Shown one piece after another: positions 9,327-16,558 of a stretch of DNA of 24,300 bases. This stretch comes from a virus (lineage: Duplodnaviria > Caudoviricetes), in IMG/VR virus record IMGVR_UViG_3300020045_002203, positions 1-24,300 of that record. One strand, 5' to 3'. A program made the translations under genes and the position numbers. Position 1 is the stretch's first letter, and every line of letters starts with the position of its first letter. Below the pieces are notes generated by a model. The model was not told the DNA's origin and did no database searches. It worked only from the letters and a program-made list of their open reading frames with translations.

Positions 9327-9857
9327 ATGGCTAATGAAACAATGACCTTAATTAGCACCGTAACTGTGGGGGCTGGTGGAGCTTCAACCATAGACTTCAC
9401 ATCCATTCCACAGACCTACACAGACTTAAAATTATATGTAAGCACCAGAACTACAAGTTCAGGAGCAGTAGGTGAAGTTGCTTACATTACTTTAAACGGT
9501 TCAACATCATCATTTACTGGAAGATACTTACAAGGTAGCGGTTCGGCTACAAGTTCTGGCTCACTAGGCAGATTTGCTGCTTTAAGCACAGATGGAAGTG
9601 CCACAGCAAATACATTTTCTAATAATGAGATTTATATTGCGAATTATGCTGGTTCTACATATAAAGCTTTTAGCGGTGATGCAGTAGTTGAAAATAACGC
9701 AACAACCTCATACCAAGAATTGCTTGCTAACCTTTGGTCTAATACAGCAGCAATTACATCTATCACTCTAAATACTTCTGGCGGTGTATTTGCACAATAT
9801 TCAACAGTCAGTTTGTATGGCATCCTAAAAGGCTCTGGCGGAGCAACTGTTTCTTAA
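9327..9857 (+). CDS. Putative tail fibre / receptor-binding subunit, paralogue 3
   Basis: LISTVTVGA...FTSIPQTYTDLKL...NYAGSTYKA...WSNTAAITSI...VSLYGI. Confidence 0.55.
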   Translation: MANETMTLISTVTVGAGGASTIDFTSIPQTYTDLKLYVSTRTTSSGAVGEVAYITLNGSTSSFTGRYLQGSGSATSSGSLGRFAALSTDGSATANTFSNNEIYIANYAGSTYKAFSGDAVVENNATTSYQELLANLWSNTAAITSITLNTSGGVFAQYSTVSLYGILKGSGGATVS

Positions 9858-9878
9858 TAACTAGCAAGGAAGAAAAAA

Positions 9879-10109
9879 ATGACTGAAACACTTACCAAAA
9901 TCCTGATTGATTGCAGCACAGGCGAACAGACTGTTGTTCCTTTGACTGCTGAGGAAATTGCACAGCGTGAAGCTGATGCTCTAGCGTATGCGGAACAAAA
10001 GGCAACTCAGGAAGCTGAGGAAGCTGCTAAAGCTGCGGCTAAAGCAAGTGCAGAGGCGAAACTTGCTGCTCTGGGTTTGACCGCTGATGAGATTGCAGCT
10101 CTCAAGTAA
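9879..10109 (+). CDS. Small fibre-associated protein (possible assembly chaperone)
   Basis: IDCSTGEQTVVPLTAEE followed by an Ala/Glu helix ending KLAALGLTADEIAAL; SD AAGGA; follows the fibre genes. Confidence 0.5.
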   Translation: MTETLTKILIDCSTGEQTVVPLTAEEIAQREADALAYAEQKATQEAEEAAKAAAKASAEAKLAALGLTADEIAALK

Positions 10110-10152
10110 AATAGACTAAACGGCCTACGCAACCGGACAAGAAAGACCGATT

Positions 10153-10371
10153 GTGTCAGATCAAGAAGTGCCAGTATGGGCGCAAGAACTCATAAGAGAA
10201 GTAACTATCCTGAATGAGCGCTTGCCTAACCACATAGATTACACAACCAGAAATATCTCGGATCATGAGGCAAGAATTAGAACCCTCGAGGCCTTCAGAT
10301 GGTTGCTGTTGGGTGTCGCATCTGTATCCGGTTTAGCCGGTGCTTGGATTTCTAAACTGCTAGGAATCTAA
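10153..10371 (+). CDS. Small membrane protein (coiled coil plus C-terminal TM helix; holin-associated / XhlA-like)
   Basis: DHEARIRTLE coiled coil followed by hydrophobic WLLLGVASVSGLAGAWISKLLGI. Confidence 0.55.
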   Translation: MSDQEVPVWAQELIREVTILNERLPNHIDYTTRNISDHEARIRTLEAFRWLLLGVASVSGLAGAWISKLLGI

Positions 10372-10374
10372 AAG

Positions 10375-11553
10375 ATGAAAGCCGTTAGATTATTAGCGGC
10401 TACTACGCTGGCCTTCAGTTCTCTTTTCCTTGCCACACCAGCTCAGGCTAACTGTGTCAATCCTGGTCAAACAGTTGAACCAACAACCGAGGTGGCAGTT
10501 CAAACTGTTATCACTTGCGGTGGCGATGATGTCGGCTACCATATCCCTTTATCTGTTGGGGTGACTTTTGATGGTCAAACCTTCGACAAGGTTTATGCCA
10601 CAACCAATTCAGTTATTACTTTTGGCGCACCTGATGGCACTTATTGGGATTACCCTCGCACCGCCTCTATAAGCCTTTACTCTATGGACTGGCTTATTTT
10701 GCCGTCTTACCGCACCGATGAACACCTGATTATTCAAAGCTCGCAAGGTGGGTTCTCGGTAGACATTTCAGCCCGACCTTATGGCAATTACAATGTGCTA
10801 CAACCAACCAACATTATTATTACCGCTGCTATCAACTATGACGGATCTGTGGCTATCTCTTACATGGTTGCTGGGCCTACTTATGACGGTCAAACTCGCA
10901 CCGGTGTCCGAACCACCGATGGGCAGATTATTACCCTAGAGGAATACGGCATAGTCCAGACTGAAGAGCCTGTTGTTTTGCCAGCCATTCCAGAGCCAAG
11001 CCCTGAGCCAGTAGTTCCGACCCCGACACCTGAGCCGACACCTCAGCCAACCCCTGAGCCAACAGTTGAACCCGCTCCACCTGCTCCAGAGCCACAGCCC
11101 GCTCCACCCGCTCCCGCACCTGAGCCAGAACCTATCCCAGAACCCGCTCCTGAGCCACCAGCCGAGCCAGAACCAGAACCTGAACCTGCACCTGCTCCAG
11201 CGCCCGAACCTGCTCCAGAGCCGCCTGTAGCGCCTGAGATAGCACCACCAATCGAACCAGAGCCACCAGTCATCTTGCCAGTAAGTCAAGAAGAACAAAT
11301 GGCAGTTTTAGCCGAGGAAGCAAAAGCAGATGACCCTGTTGTTCCTCAAGAACTGGCAGCAATCCCTCTAATTGGAGATGCTGCTGTCGCTGTTCTCGAA
11401 GCCTTCAACGCTCTTGGCAACTTGGGTGCTGATATTCGGCCAGAGGTTAGAGAAAAGGCGCAAGAAGTAGTTGTGTCATCTGTAATTGTTGGACAAATTG
11501 CTACCGCATCTATGGCAACTTCATCGGCTGCCAGTTATAGGAGAAATAAATGA
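10375..11553 (+). CDS. Exported protein with signal peptide, beta-rich domain and Pro/Glu-rich stalk
   Basis: MKAVRLLAATTLAFSSLFLATPAQA signal peptide (AQA cleavage site); ~170-aa globular region with two Cys; ~100-aa PE/PA/PT linker; helical C-terminus. Confidence 0.75.
   Translation: MKAVRLLAATTLAFSSLFLATPAQANCVNPGQTVEPTTEVAVQTVITCGGDDVGYHIPLSVGVTFDGQTFDKVYATTNSVITFGAPDGTYWDYPRTASISLYSMDWLILPSYRTDEHLIIQSSQGGFSVDISARPYGNYNVLQPTNIIITAAINYDGSVAISYMVAGPTYDGQTRTGVRTTDGQIITLEEYGIVQTEEPVVLPAIPEPSPEPVVPTPTPEPTPQPTPEPTVEPAPPAPEPQPAPPAPAPEPEPIPEPAPEPPAEPEPEPEPAPAPAPEPAPEPPVAPEIAPPIEPEPPVILPVSQEEQMAVLAEEAKADDPVVPQELAAIPLIGDAAVAVLEAFNALGNLGADIRPEVREKAQEVVVSSVIVGQIATASMATSSAASYRRNK
10972..11280 (+). 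repeat. Low-complexity coding repeat (PEP/PAP)
   Basis: Degenerate CCTGAGCCA / CCAGAACC / GCTCCA units encoding the proline-rich linker. Confidence 0.8.
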
Positions 11554-11711
11554 AATTCTTGAATGACTTGCTAGGTCAGTTATGGACTTTGGTCGGCCTC
11601 GGAGTTGCTTGGATTTTGCTTGAAGGAACAAGTCGCACAGTTGTTGGCTGGGTAATCCTTGCCTCATTAGCAATCTGGATGGCAACTTATCCGCTTCGCA
11701 ACCGCGAGTAA
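11550..11711 (+). CDS. 53-aa two-TM membrane protein
   Basis: MKFLNDLLGQLWTLVGLGVAWILLEGTSRTVVGWVILASLAIWMATYPLRNRE; SD AGGAG; ATGA overlap with the upstream gene. Not in the ORF track. Confidence 0.75.
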   Translation: MKFLNDLLGQLWTLVGLGVAWILLEGTSRTVVGWVILASLAIWMATYPLRNRE

Positions 11712-11721
11712 AATGGTAGAC

Positions 11722-11868
11722 ATGAACCGCTTACCTAGAGCTAAGGCTGAGGCTGATAAGTGGGTGAAGTGGTGGTTTGCTGACAAGCCAAATACCAGCC
11801 TTGAGGTTATTGCTAATGCTCGGCGCATCTTTATAGAGAAGTACCTTGACAACTACAAGGTAAAATAG
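11722..11868 (+). CDS. 48-aa hypothetical protein
   Basis: MNRLPRAKAEADKWVKWWFADKPNTSLEVIANARRIFIEKYLDNYKVK fills the gap; preceded by TAAAAT-N7-ATG. Confidence 0.55.
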   Translation: MNRLPRAKAEADKWVKWWFADKPNTSLEVIANARRIFIEKYLDNYKVK

Positions 11869-11872
11869 ACCT

Positions 11873-12382
11873 ATGACTTGTTTTTATGAACCTGTAAGAG
11901 GCCCAGGCCGAGAGCGCCGAGATGAACTTGGCAACACCGCGCCATACCGTACCCAACCACACAGAGGTTCGGACTGGGGTTTCACAAACGGCTCTGAGGG
12001 CAAAGAAATTTATGCCATGCACGCTGGCAAGGTCACAAAGGTAGAAAACAACCCAGCCCTCGGTTGGTCAGTTGTTATCAAATCGGTTTGCGACAATGCG
12101 GCTTGTGCCAAAGATCACATTGAATACAACCACATGCTTGAGAAGCCTCTTGTAAAGGTTGGCGATGAAGTCAAAGGCAACTACCAGTCAGTAATTGGCA
12201 AAATTGGTGCAACTGGAACTTCACTCTCAAAGTCGGGTGCTTTTCACCTTCACGCTTCATGCGCTCCAGCACCACAGCCACACGCCGCTGACCGCAAAGT
12301 TCTAAAAGACCTCTTCAAGCTGATTGACCAGTCTTCTGCTCAGCGCAAGGCAAACATGGAAGCCAAGAAGGCGGCTCAATAA
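11873..12382 (+). CDS. M23-family peptidase endolysin
   Basis: HRGSD (HxxxD), YNHM, VKVGDEV, IGKIGATG and HLH (HxH) zinc-peptidase motifs. Confidence 0.9.
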   Translation: MTCFYEPVRGPGRERRDELGNTAPYRTQPHRGSDWGFTNGSEGKEIYAMHAGKVTKVENNPALGWSVVIKSVCDNAACAKDHIEYNHMLEKPLVKVGDEVKGNYQSVIGKIGATGTSLSKSGAFHLHASCAPAPQPHAADRKVLKDLFKLIDQSSAQRKANMEAKKAAQ

Positions 12383-12696
12383 TGGCTCGAATCAAACTAA
12401 TCCTTAGCACCATTGGTGAAGTCCTTTGGCGCTCATTTGGCCTATACCTAAAGTTTCTAAAGTTTGGTGTTGTTTTTGGTGGAGTTGGCTCTGCAATTGC
12501 GGGCGATATCAAGATTCTTTTTATTGGCCTACTGGCTGCCTTTGTCCCTTCACTAATTGAAGCGGTGGCAGAATTGGGCGAAGAGATCACTCGAACAGGC
12601 AAATCCACAAAGCCTGGAATTAACCACGCTTTCAATAAGGCCGCTGACGCACTTGACAAGCAGGAAAAAAAGGCAGAAGAAAAGTCTGCTAAGTAA
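12382..12696 (+). CDS. Putative holin
   Basis: Two hydrophobic segments and a charged C-terminal tail; coupled to the endolysin by TAATG. Confidence 0.6.
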   Translation: MARIKLILSTIGEVLWRSFGLYLKFLKFGVVFGGVGSAIAGDIKILFIGLLAAFVPSLIEAVAELGEEITRTGKSTKPGINHAFNKAADALDKQEKKAEEKSAK

Positions 12697-12720
12697 GGAT
12701 TCCCTTGCTCAATCGCCTAA

Positions 12721-13059
12721 TTATTTGGCTACTTGTGATCCAGTCTTACTGGCTCTTGCGAAAGCGTAGATAGCTTTCCGGTCAGCGGCGCTTGTCCCAC
12801 CCCAAATACCATAAGGCTCATGGGCCAGAGTTGCATACTCAGCGCATAATGCCTTAACTGGGCAAAAATCGCAAATTAACTTAGCGTCCATCTCATCCTG
12901 ACGCATCTTCCTCATCTGGGCATTTGTTGGTGTGCCTGGGAGCATAGGCTCAACAAAGAACATCTCCATATATTGAGGTTCAGCGCATTGCGGGGGTTTG
13001 CCTAGTTCGGCTAGGGCTTGGCCCAGAGCTAGAAGGCTTTGTTGAATCTTTTTTGACAA
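12721..13059 (-). CDS. whiB: WhiB-family Fe-S transcription regulator
   Basis: C...CDFC-x5-C and GIWGG followed by a basic helix. Start placed at TTG 13059 behind AGGAG. Confidence 0.92.
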   Translation of the reverse strand: MSKKIQQSLLALGQALAELGKPPQCAEPQYMEMFFVEPMLPGTPTNAQMRKMRQDEMDAKLICDFCPVKALCAEYATLAHEPYGIWGGTSAADRKAIYAFARASKTGSQVAK

Positions 13060-13121
13060 CTTGCTCCTAAATGTCGGTGGTATCAACTAGGTTAGGCATA
13101 CAAGCAAGAAAGGGCAAATCC
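13060..13121. promoter_or_regulatory. Divergent promoter region whiB / recombination operon
   Basis: Short gap between head-to-head genes; ATGTCGGTGG then TAGGTT (13088-13093, TANNNT); SD GAAAGGG before ATG 13122. Confidence 0.5.
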
Positions 13122-13997
13122 ATGCAGATACTAAATGAGGCGCTTATCACCTCGGCAACGCTTTTGGGCCATTTTGAGAATGGCTCAGAGGACTGGCACA
13201 CCGCTCGCAATGAACCTGGTGCTATTGGCGGTTCGGACATTGGCGCAATCGCTGGTTGGAATCGCTGGGAGTCGGCAATTAGCAAGTGGGCCAAAAAGAC
13301 TGGCAAAATTCAGGACAACATTGTTCCAAGCCATCGGATGCGAATGGGAACAAAGTTTGAAGATGACCTTTTAGAAATTTACCAAGAGGATCACCCAGAC
13401 CAAGAGGTTCTAGTGACCGGAACTTGGGCTTCTATTGCTGAGCCGCTAAACCGAGCCAACCCTGACGCGGTTGTTATTGATGAGAATGGCGAGTTGCTTC
13501 TAATTGAGGTGAAGTTTATGGGTGACAACGCTTATGAAATTCCTCAGTCCTATAAAGCTCAGATGCAGTGGTATATGGGCATTCTGGGAATAAAGCGCGG
13601 GGTGCTTGTCGCTTGCGCTGGCTCTAATTATGTCGAGTTGCCTCTTGAGTTTGATGCTTTCGAGTTTGACACTCTTTGCCTACTGGCTGACCAGTTCCGC
13701 CGCTATGTCGAGAATGACATTATGCCGGACTGGGATGGCTCAAACAGCACTTATGAAACTATCCGAGCAATCAACCCAGACATTGACCCAGAAGCCTCAG
13801 AGGAACTAGGCGAACTTGGTATCCACCTGTCAAACACTTATGCTGAGTTGCAAGAGCTGGAAAGAAAATACAAAGAACTTCAGAGTCGAACCCTCGATGC
13901 GATGGGTAAGGCCAAATGGGGAACAGTAGATGATCAAAGGATTGTCTACAGAACTAGCAGAGCCGGTGGGCAACCCTACCTGGCTTGGAAGAAATAA
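13122..13997 (+). CDS. YqaJ-like (lambda-exonuclease family) recombination exonuclease
   Basis: SEDWHTAR..IGGSD, G..FE, ANPDA, LIEVK and QMQWYM motifs. Confidence 0.9.
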   Translation: MQILNEALITSATLLGHFENGSEDWHTARNEPGAIGGSDIGAIAGWNRWESAISKWAKKTGKIQDNIVPSHRMRMGTKFEDDLLEIYQEDHPDQEVLVTGTWASIAEPLNRANPDAVVIDENGELLLIEVKFMGDNAYEIPQSYKAQMQWYMGILGIKRGVLVACAGSNYVELPLEFDAFEFDTLCLLADQFRRYVENDIMPDWDGSNSTYETIRAINPDIDPEASEELGELGIHLSNTYAELQELERKYKELQSRTLDAMGKAKWGTVDDQRIVYRTSRAGGQPYLAWKK

Positions 13998-14008
13998 GAG
14001 AGGGAAAG

Positions 14009-14197
14009 ATGAATCTATTACTAAATGACCAGGTGCAGGTTTCTATTGAAACTCGCTTTGGACTGACACTAATAACGGGCAGCGTTATTAGTCTTGGTGA
14101 GGTACTAAACAAGCCAGATGTTTACTGGTTTCAGATTGCTGGGCTAACTAGCACTTTTTACACAGATGATGAACTAACAGTAAAGAAGGTTGGCTAA
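14009..14197 (+). CDS. Hypothetical protein (62 aa)
   Basis: SD GAGGG before ATG 14009; TAATG coupling to the next gene. Confidence 0.65.
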   Translation: MNLLLNDQVQVSIETRFGLTLITGSVISLGEVLNKPDVYWFQIAGLTSTFYTDDELTVKKVG

Positions 14198-14775
14198 TGG
14201 CTGCATTCAATCCAGCGGATTATGAAACCGTTGCCGAGCGCATCAAGCGCTTCTACGCCGACTATCCAGAAGGCAGAATTATCACTAAGAATCAGACAAC
14301 TAAGCAAGACCGCCTAGCAAGCACTTGGGTTGTCAAAGCTTCTATCTTTATTCCTAACTGGCAATTTGCCGATGAGAGTAAATACCTAGAGCAGTATGTC
14401 CTAAAAGCAACTGGCCTAGCCTTTGAAGTAGATGGTCAAGGAATGGCTAATAAAACCTCGGCGCTAGAGAATGCGGAAACCTCGGCTATTGGTCGCGCAC
14501 TCGCAAATGCTGGCTATTCAGGTGACAAGCGAGCCAGTAGGGAAGAAATGGAAAAGGTTGCCCGAGCTAATGCGCCTAAGAGAGATTGGCTTGCTGAGGC
14601 TGAAGCCTTTGCCCTTGTCTATGATGCAAATGGACTCCGTAAACTGTATTCAGAGGCAGTCGCTAACCGAGCTTTGCCAGACATTATAGAAAAGATAAAG
14701 GCTTATGGACAGGATGTCGCTTCAGGATCACAGGATTCTCAGGCTGGCCCTGATAGAGGTAAAGGAGTTGCATAG
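14197..14775 (+). CDS. Single-strand annealing protein (Rad52/Sak-like)
   Basis: YETVAERI, ATGLAFE and ENAETSAIGRAL motifs; adjacent to the exonuclease as in Red-like pairs. Confidence 0.75.
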   Translation: MAAFNPADYETVAERIKRFYADYPEGRIITKNQTTKQDRLASTWVVKASIFIPNWQFADESKYLEQYVLKATGLAFEVDGQGMANKTSALENAETSAIGRALANAGYSGDKRASREEMEKVARANAPKRDWLAEAEAFALVYDANGLRKLYSEAVANRALPDIIEKIKAYGQDVASGSQDSQAGPDRGKGVA

Positions 14776-14908
14776 TGAACTCATTGCCAACAACCAACTC
14801 ACAACAGCAACCAGTCTTATCCCCTGCATCTTTGACCGAGCCGAGCGACTCCATACCGGCAGATACTATGACAGGGATAGTCCAAGAACTCCACCGCATT
14901 CGGGCTGA
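14705..14908 (+). CDS. Hypothetical protein overlapping both neighbours
   Basis: 67-aa amphipathic ORF covering the gap 14776-14867; start uncertain (14705 or 14714). Confidence 0.45.
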   Translation: MDRMSLQDHRILRLALIEVKELHSELIANNQLTTATSLIPCIFDRAERLHTGRYYDRDSPRTPPHSG

Positions 14909-15194
14909 GGTTCAAAAGGGTATCTCTGTGCTTTATGACACCGAGTGCAAACTTGCCGATGCTGAAAATGCTTATGAGCGAGAACTACAACTGGCTTTCA
15001 TCAATGCTCAGGGAACTATTGCTGACCGCACCGCTATAAGCCGTCTACAAGCCTCTGAGAAGCGCCTACAAGCGGATTTGGCTAAGGCTGAGTGGAATAG
15101 GGTCAAGGCTAAACTCAAAGCCCTAGAAACCGCTCAGATGGGGATTCAAACCTCGGCTCGCCTAATGGAAACCGAGTTGAAAACCCTAAGATGA
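14868..15194 (+). CDS. Coiled-coil hypothetical protein
   Basis: Helical heptad-rich sequence from MTGIVQEL...; the longer GTG 14775 extension is low-complexity and less convincing. Confidence 0.6.
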   Translation: MTGIVQELHRIRAEVQKGISVLYDTECKLADAENAYERELQLAFINAQGTIADRTAISRLQASEKRLQADLAKAEWNRVKAKLKALETAQMGIQTSARLMETELKTLR

Positions 15195-15322
15195 TAGTCT
15201 TACTTTTATGGCTGGCTGCCTTGATTCTTTTGGCATCTATCCCTTCCAGGTGGTATTGGTCTTTTCTTTTCTGGCTGGAAATAAAGGTAATTAGCAAGTT
15301 CGGCAAAATAGAGGAATTATGA
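15191..15322 (+). CDS. 43-aa membrane protein
   Basis: MIVLLLWLAALILLASIPSRWYWSFLFWLEIKVISKFGKIEEL; ATGA overlaps at both ends. Not in the ORF track. Confidence 0.65.
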   Translation: MIVLLLWLAALILLASIPSRWYWSFLFWLEIKVISKFGKIEEL

Positions 15323-15663
15323 AGCTGCCTAGCAAGATTCGGATTGGCTCTCAGATTTGGGAGATTACCGAGCAAAAGCGCAAACACAATTCTGAGTTCC
15401 TTGATGGCACTTATGGGTTCACAGTAGATAAAGACAACACTATTGTTCTTGATGCTGAAATGGCTTCATCTATCCGCCGAGTCACTTTGTTCCATGAGGT
15501 GCTTCATGCTGTGAGATTTGTTTTTGGTGGTTCTTTTAAGCCTGGCAAAACAACAACTTATGAGGAATGGGAGCATTACTGGATTGGACTTTATGAAGAA
15601 CCGGTTTTGATGGTGCTTAGGGATAACCCAGAATTATTAGCCTTTTTATTGGCAGATGACTAA
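15319..15663 (+). CDS. HExxH zinc metallopeptidase (ImmA/IrrE-like)
   Basis: YGFT...IVLD...RRVTLFHEVLHA with a downstream EE. Confidence 0.75.
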   Translation: MKLPSKIRIGSQIWEITEQKRKHNSEFLDGTYGFTVDKDNTIVLDAEMASSIRRVTLFHEVLHAVRFVFGGSFKPGKTTTYEEWEHYWIGLYEEPVLMVLRDNPELLAFLLADD

Positions 15664-15989
15664 TGACACCTCGCGAGTTTCAAAAGTATCTTGATCGCGA
15701 TGGTTATGCCTGTTGGCATTGTGGAACAACCGAAACCCTAGTGCCTCAGCATCGAGCTGGGCGTGGTATGGGTGGCAGTAAAAAACAAACACCAGCAAAT
15801 ATTATTGTCTTATGCTCGCTGTTCAATGGTCTGATTGAGTCTGATGCTAAAGCGGCAGGTATGGCTTTGCGCTATGGATGGAAAGTTTCAAGGTATGAGA
15901 AGCCTGTAGAAAAACCTGTGTATAACATTGTGGAAGGCTTGTGGTATTTCCTAAATGATGATTACACGCGACAAGCTGTTATAGAATAA
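15663..15989 (+). CDS. HNH endonuclease
   Basis: RDGYACWHCG...QHR..RGMGGS....NIIVLCSLFN. Confidence 0.8.
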   Translation: MTPREFQKYLDRDGYACWHCGTTETLVPQHRAGRGMGGSKKQTPANIIVLCSLFNGLIESDAKAAGMALRYGWKVSRYEKPVEKPVYNIVEGLWYFLNDDYTRQAVIE

Positions 15990-15999
15990 AAAGGTAAAA

Positions 16000-16051
16000 C
16001 CCCAGCGTGACGGTAATCACCTGGGGCATGACCGACTAATAAGGAGTCAGT
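16000..16051 (+). promoter_or_regulatory. Two-hairpin structured leader overlapping the SD of the GIY-YIG gene
   Basis: CCCCAG-c-GTGA-cggtaa-TCAC-CTGGGG (10 bp, one bulge), then GACT-aataagg-AGTC containing AAGGAG; TAGAAT at 15982-15987 upstream. Confidence 0.65.
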
Positions 16052-16552
16052 ATGTCTAAGCCTAGCCCATCGGGCAATATCAGGCAATTTGAGCCACAGG
16101 TTTTATACCGATTCTGGCAAAATGAAACTTTACTTTACATTGGCATAAGTCAATCTTTTCTTAGCCGAATGGATCAGCACTACGCAACAAAAGAGTGGTT
16201 CAAATTTATTACTAACATTACTCTTGAGCATTTTCCTACTCGCTATGATGTAGAACAAGCTGAAAAGCAAGCAATCAAAAAAGAAGCGCCTATGTTCAAC
16301 TTGGTTTACAACACTAAGAATCTAAAAGGCATGACTCAGGTGACTAGACTAGAGAACCTATTACCCGATGATTACTTTTACAATTTGCCAGAAACCAAAC
16401 AAGAGCGTAAGGTATTCATCGAAAGCCTAAAATCAGAAAAGGGTGGCTATACAAGACTTACTCTTTCTAAACTCAGAGTTCCTTATCCACCGCCTAAAGC
16501 ATGGAGAAGTAAACTAATCGAGCATGGCAAGTTAGTAACCAAAACTAAATAA
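16052..16552 (+). CDS. GIY-YIG nuclease domain protein with an extra basic C-terminal module
   Basis: VLY...LLYIGIS...R..QH...AE..AI...P.FN pattern; C-terminal GGYTR..L..L.VPYPPPKAWR. Confidence 0.8.
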   Translation: MSKPSPSGNIRQFEPQVLYRFWQNETLLYIGISQSFLSRMDQHYATKEWFKFITNITLEHFPTRYDVEQAEKQAIKKEAPMFNLVYNTKNLKGMTQVTRLENLLPDDYFYNLPETKQERKVFIESLKSEKGGYTRLTLSKLRVPYPPPKAWRSKLIEHGKLVTKTK

Positions 16553-16558
16553 GCACCA

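Noticed and set aside
10972-11280. Possible CRISPR-like or non-coding repeat array
   Set aside because: Units are degenerate, in frame and encode PE/PA repeats; there is no constant repeat with unique spacers.
10931-11298. Three minus-strand ORFs (Gly/Ser-rich, Trp/Arg-rich)
   Set aside because: They are antisense shadows of the Pro-rich coding repeat on the + strand.
13071-13121. N-terminal extension of the exonuclease from ATG 13071 (and of whiB to 13086)
   Set aside because: These would overlap head-to-head; good SD sites support starts at 13122 (+) and 13059 (-).
14775-14867. GTG 14775 start for the coiled-coil gene
   Set aside because: The extension is low-complexity and overlaps a more protein-like ORF in another frame. 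An SD-like AAGGAG precedes it, so the rejection is tentative.
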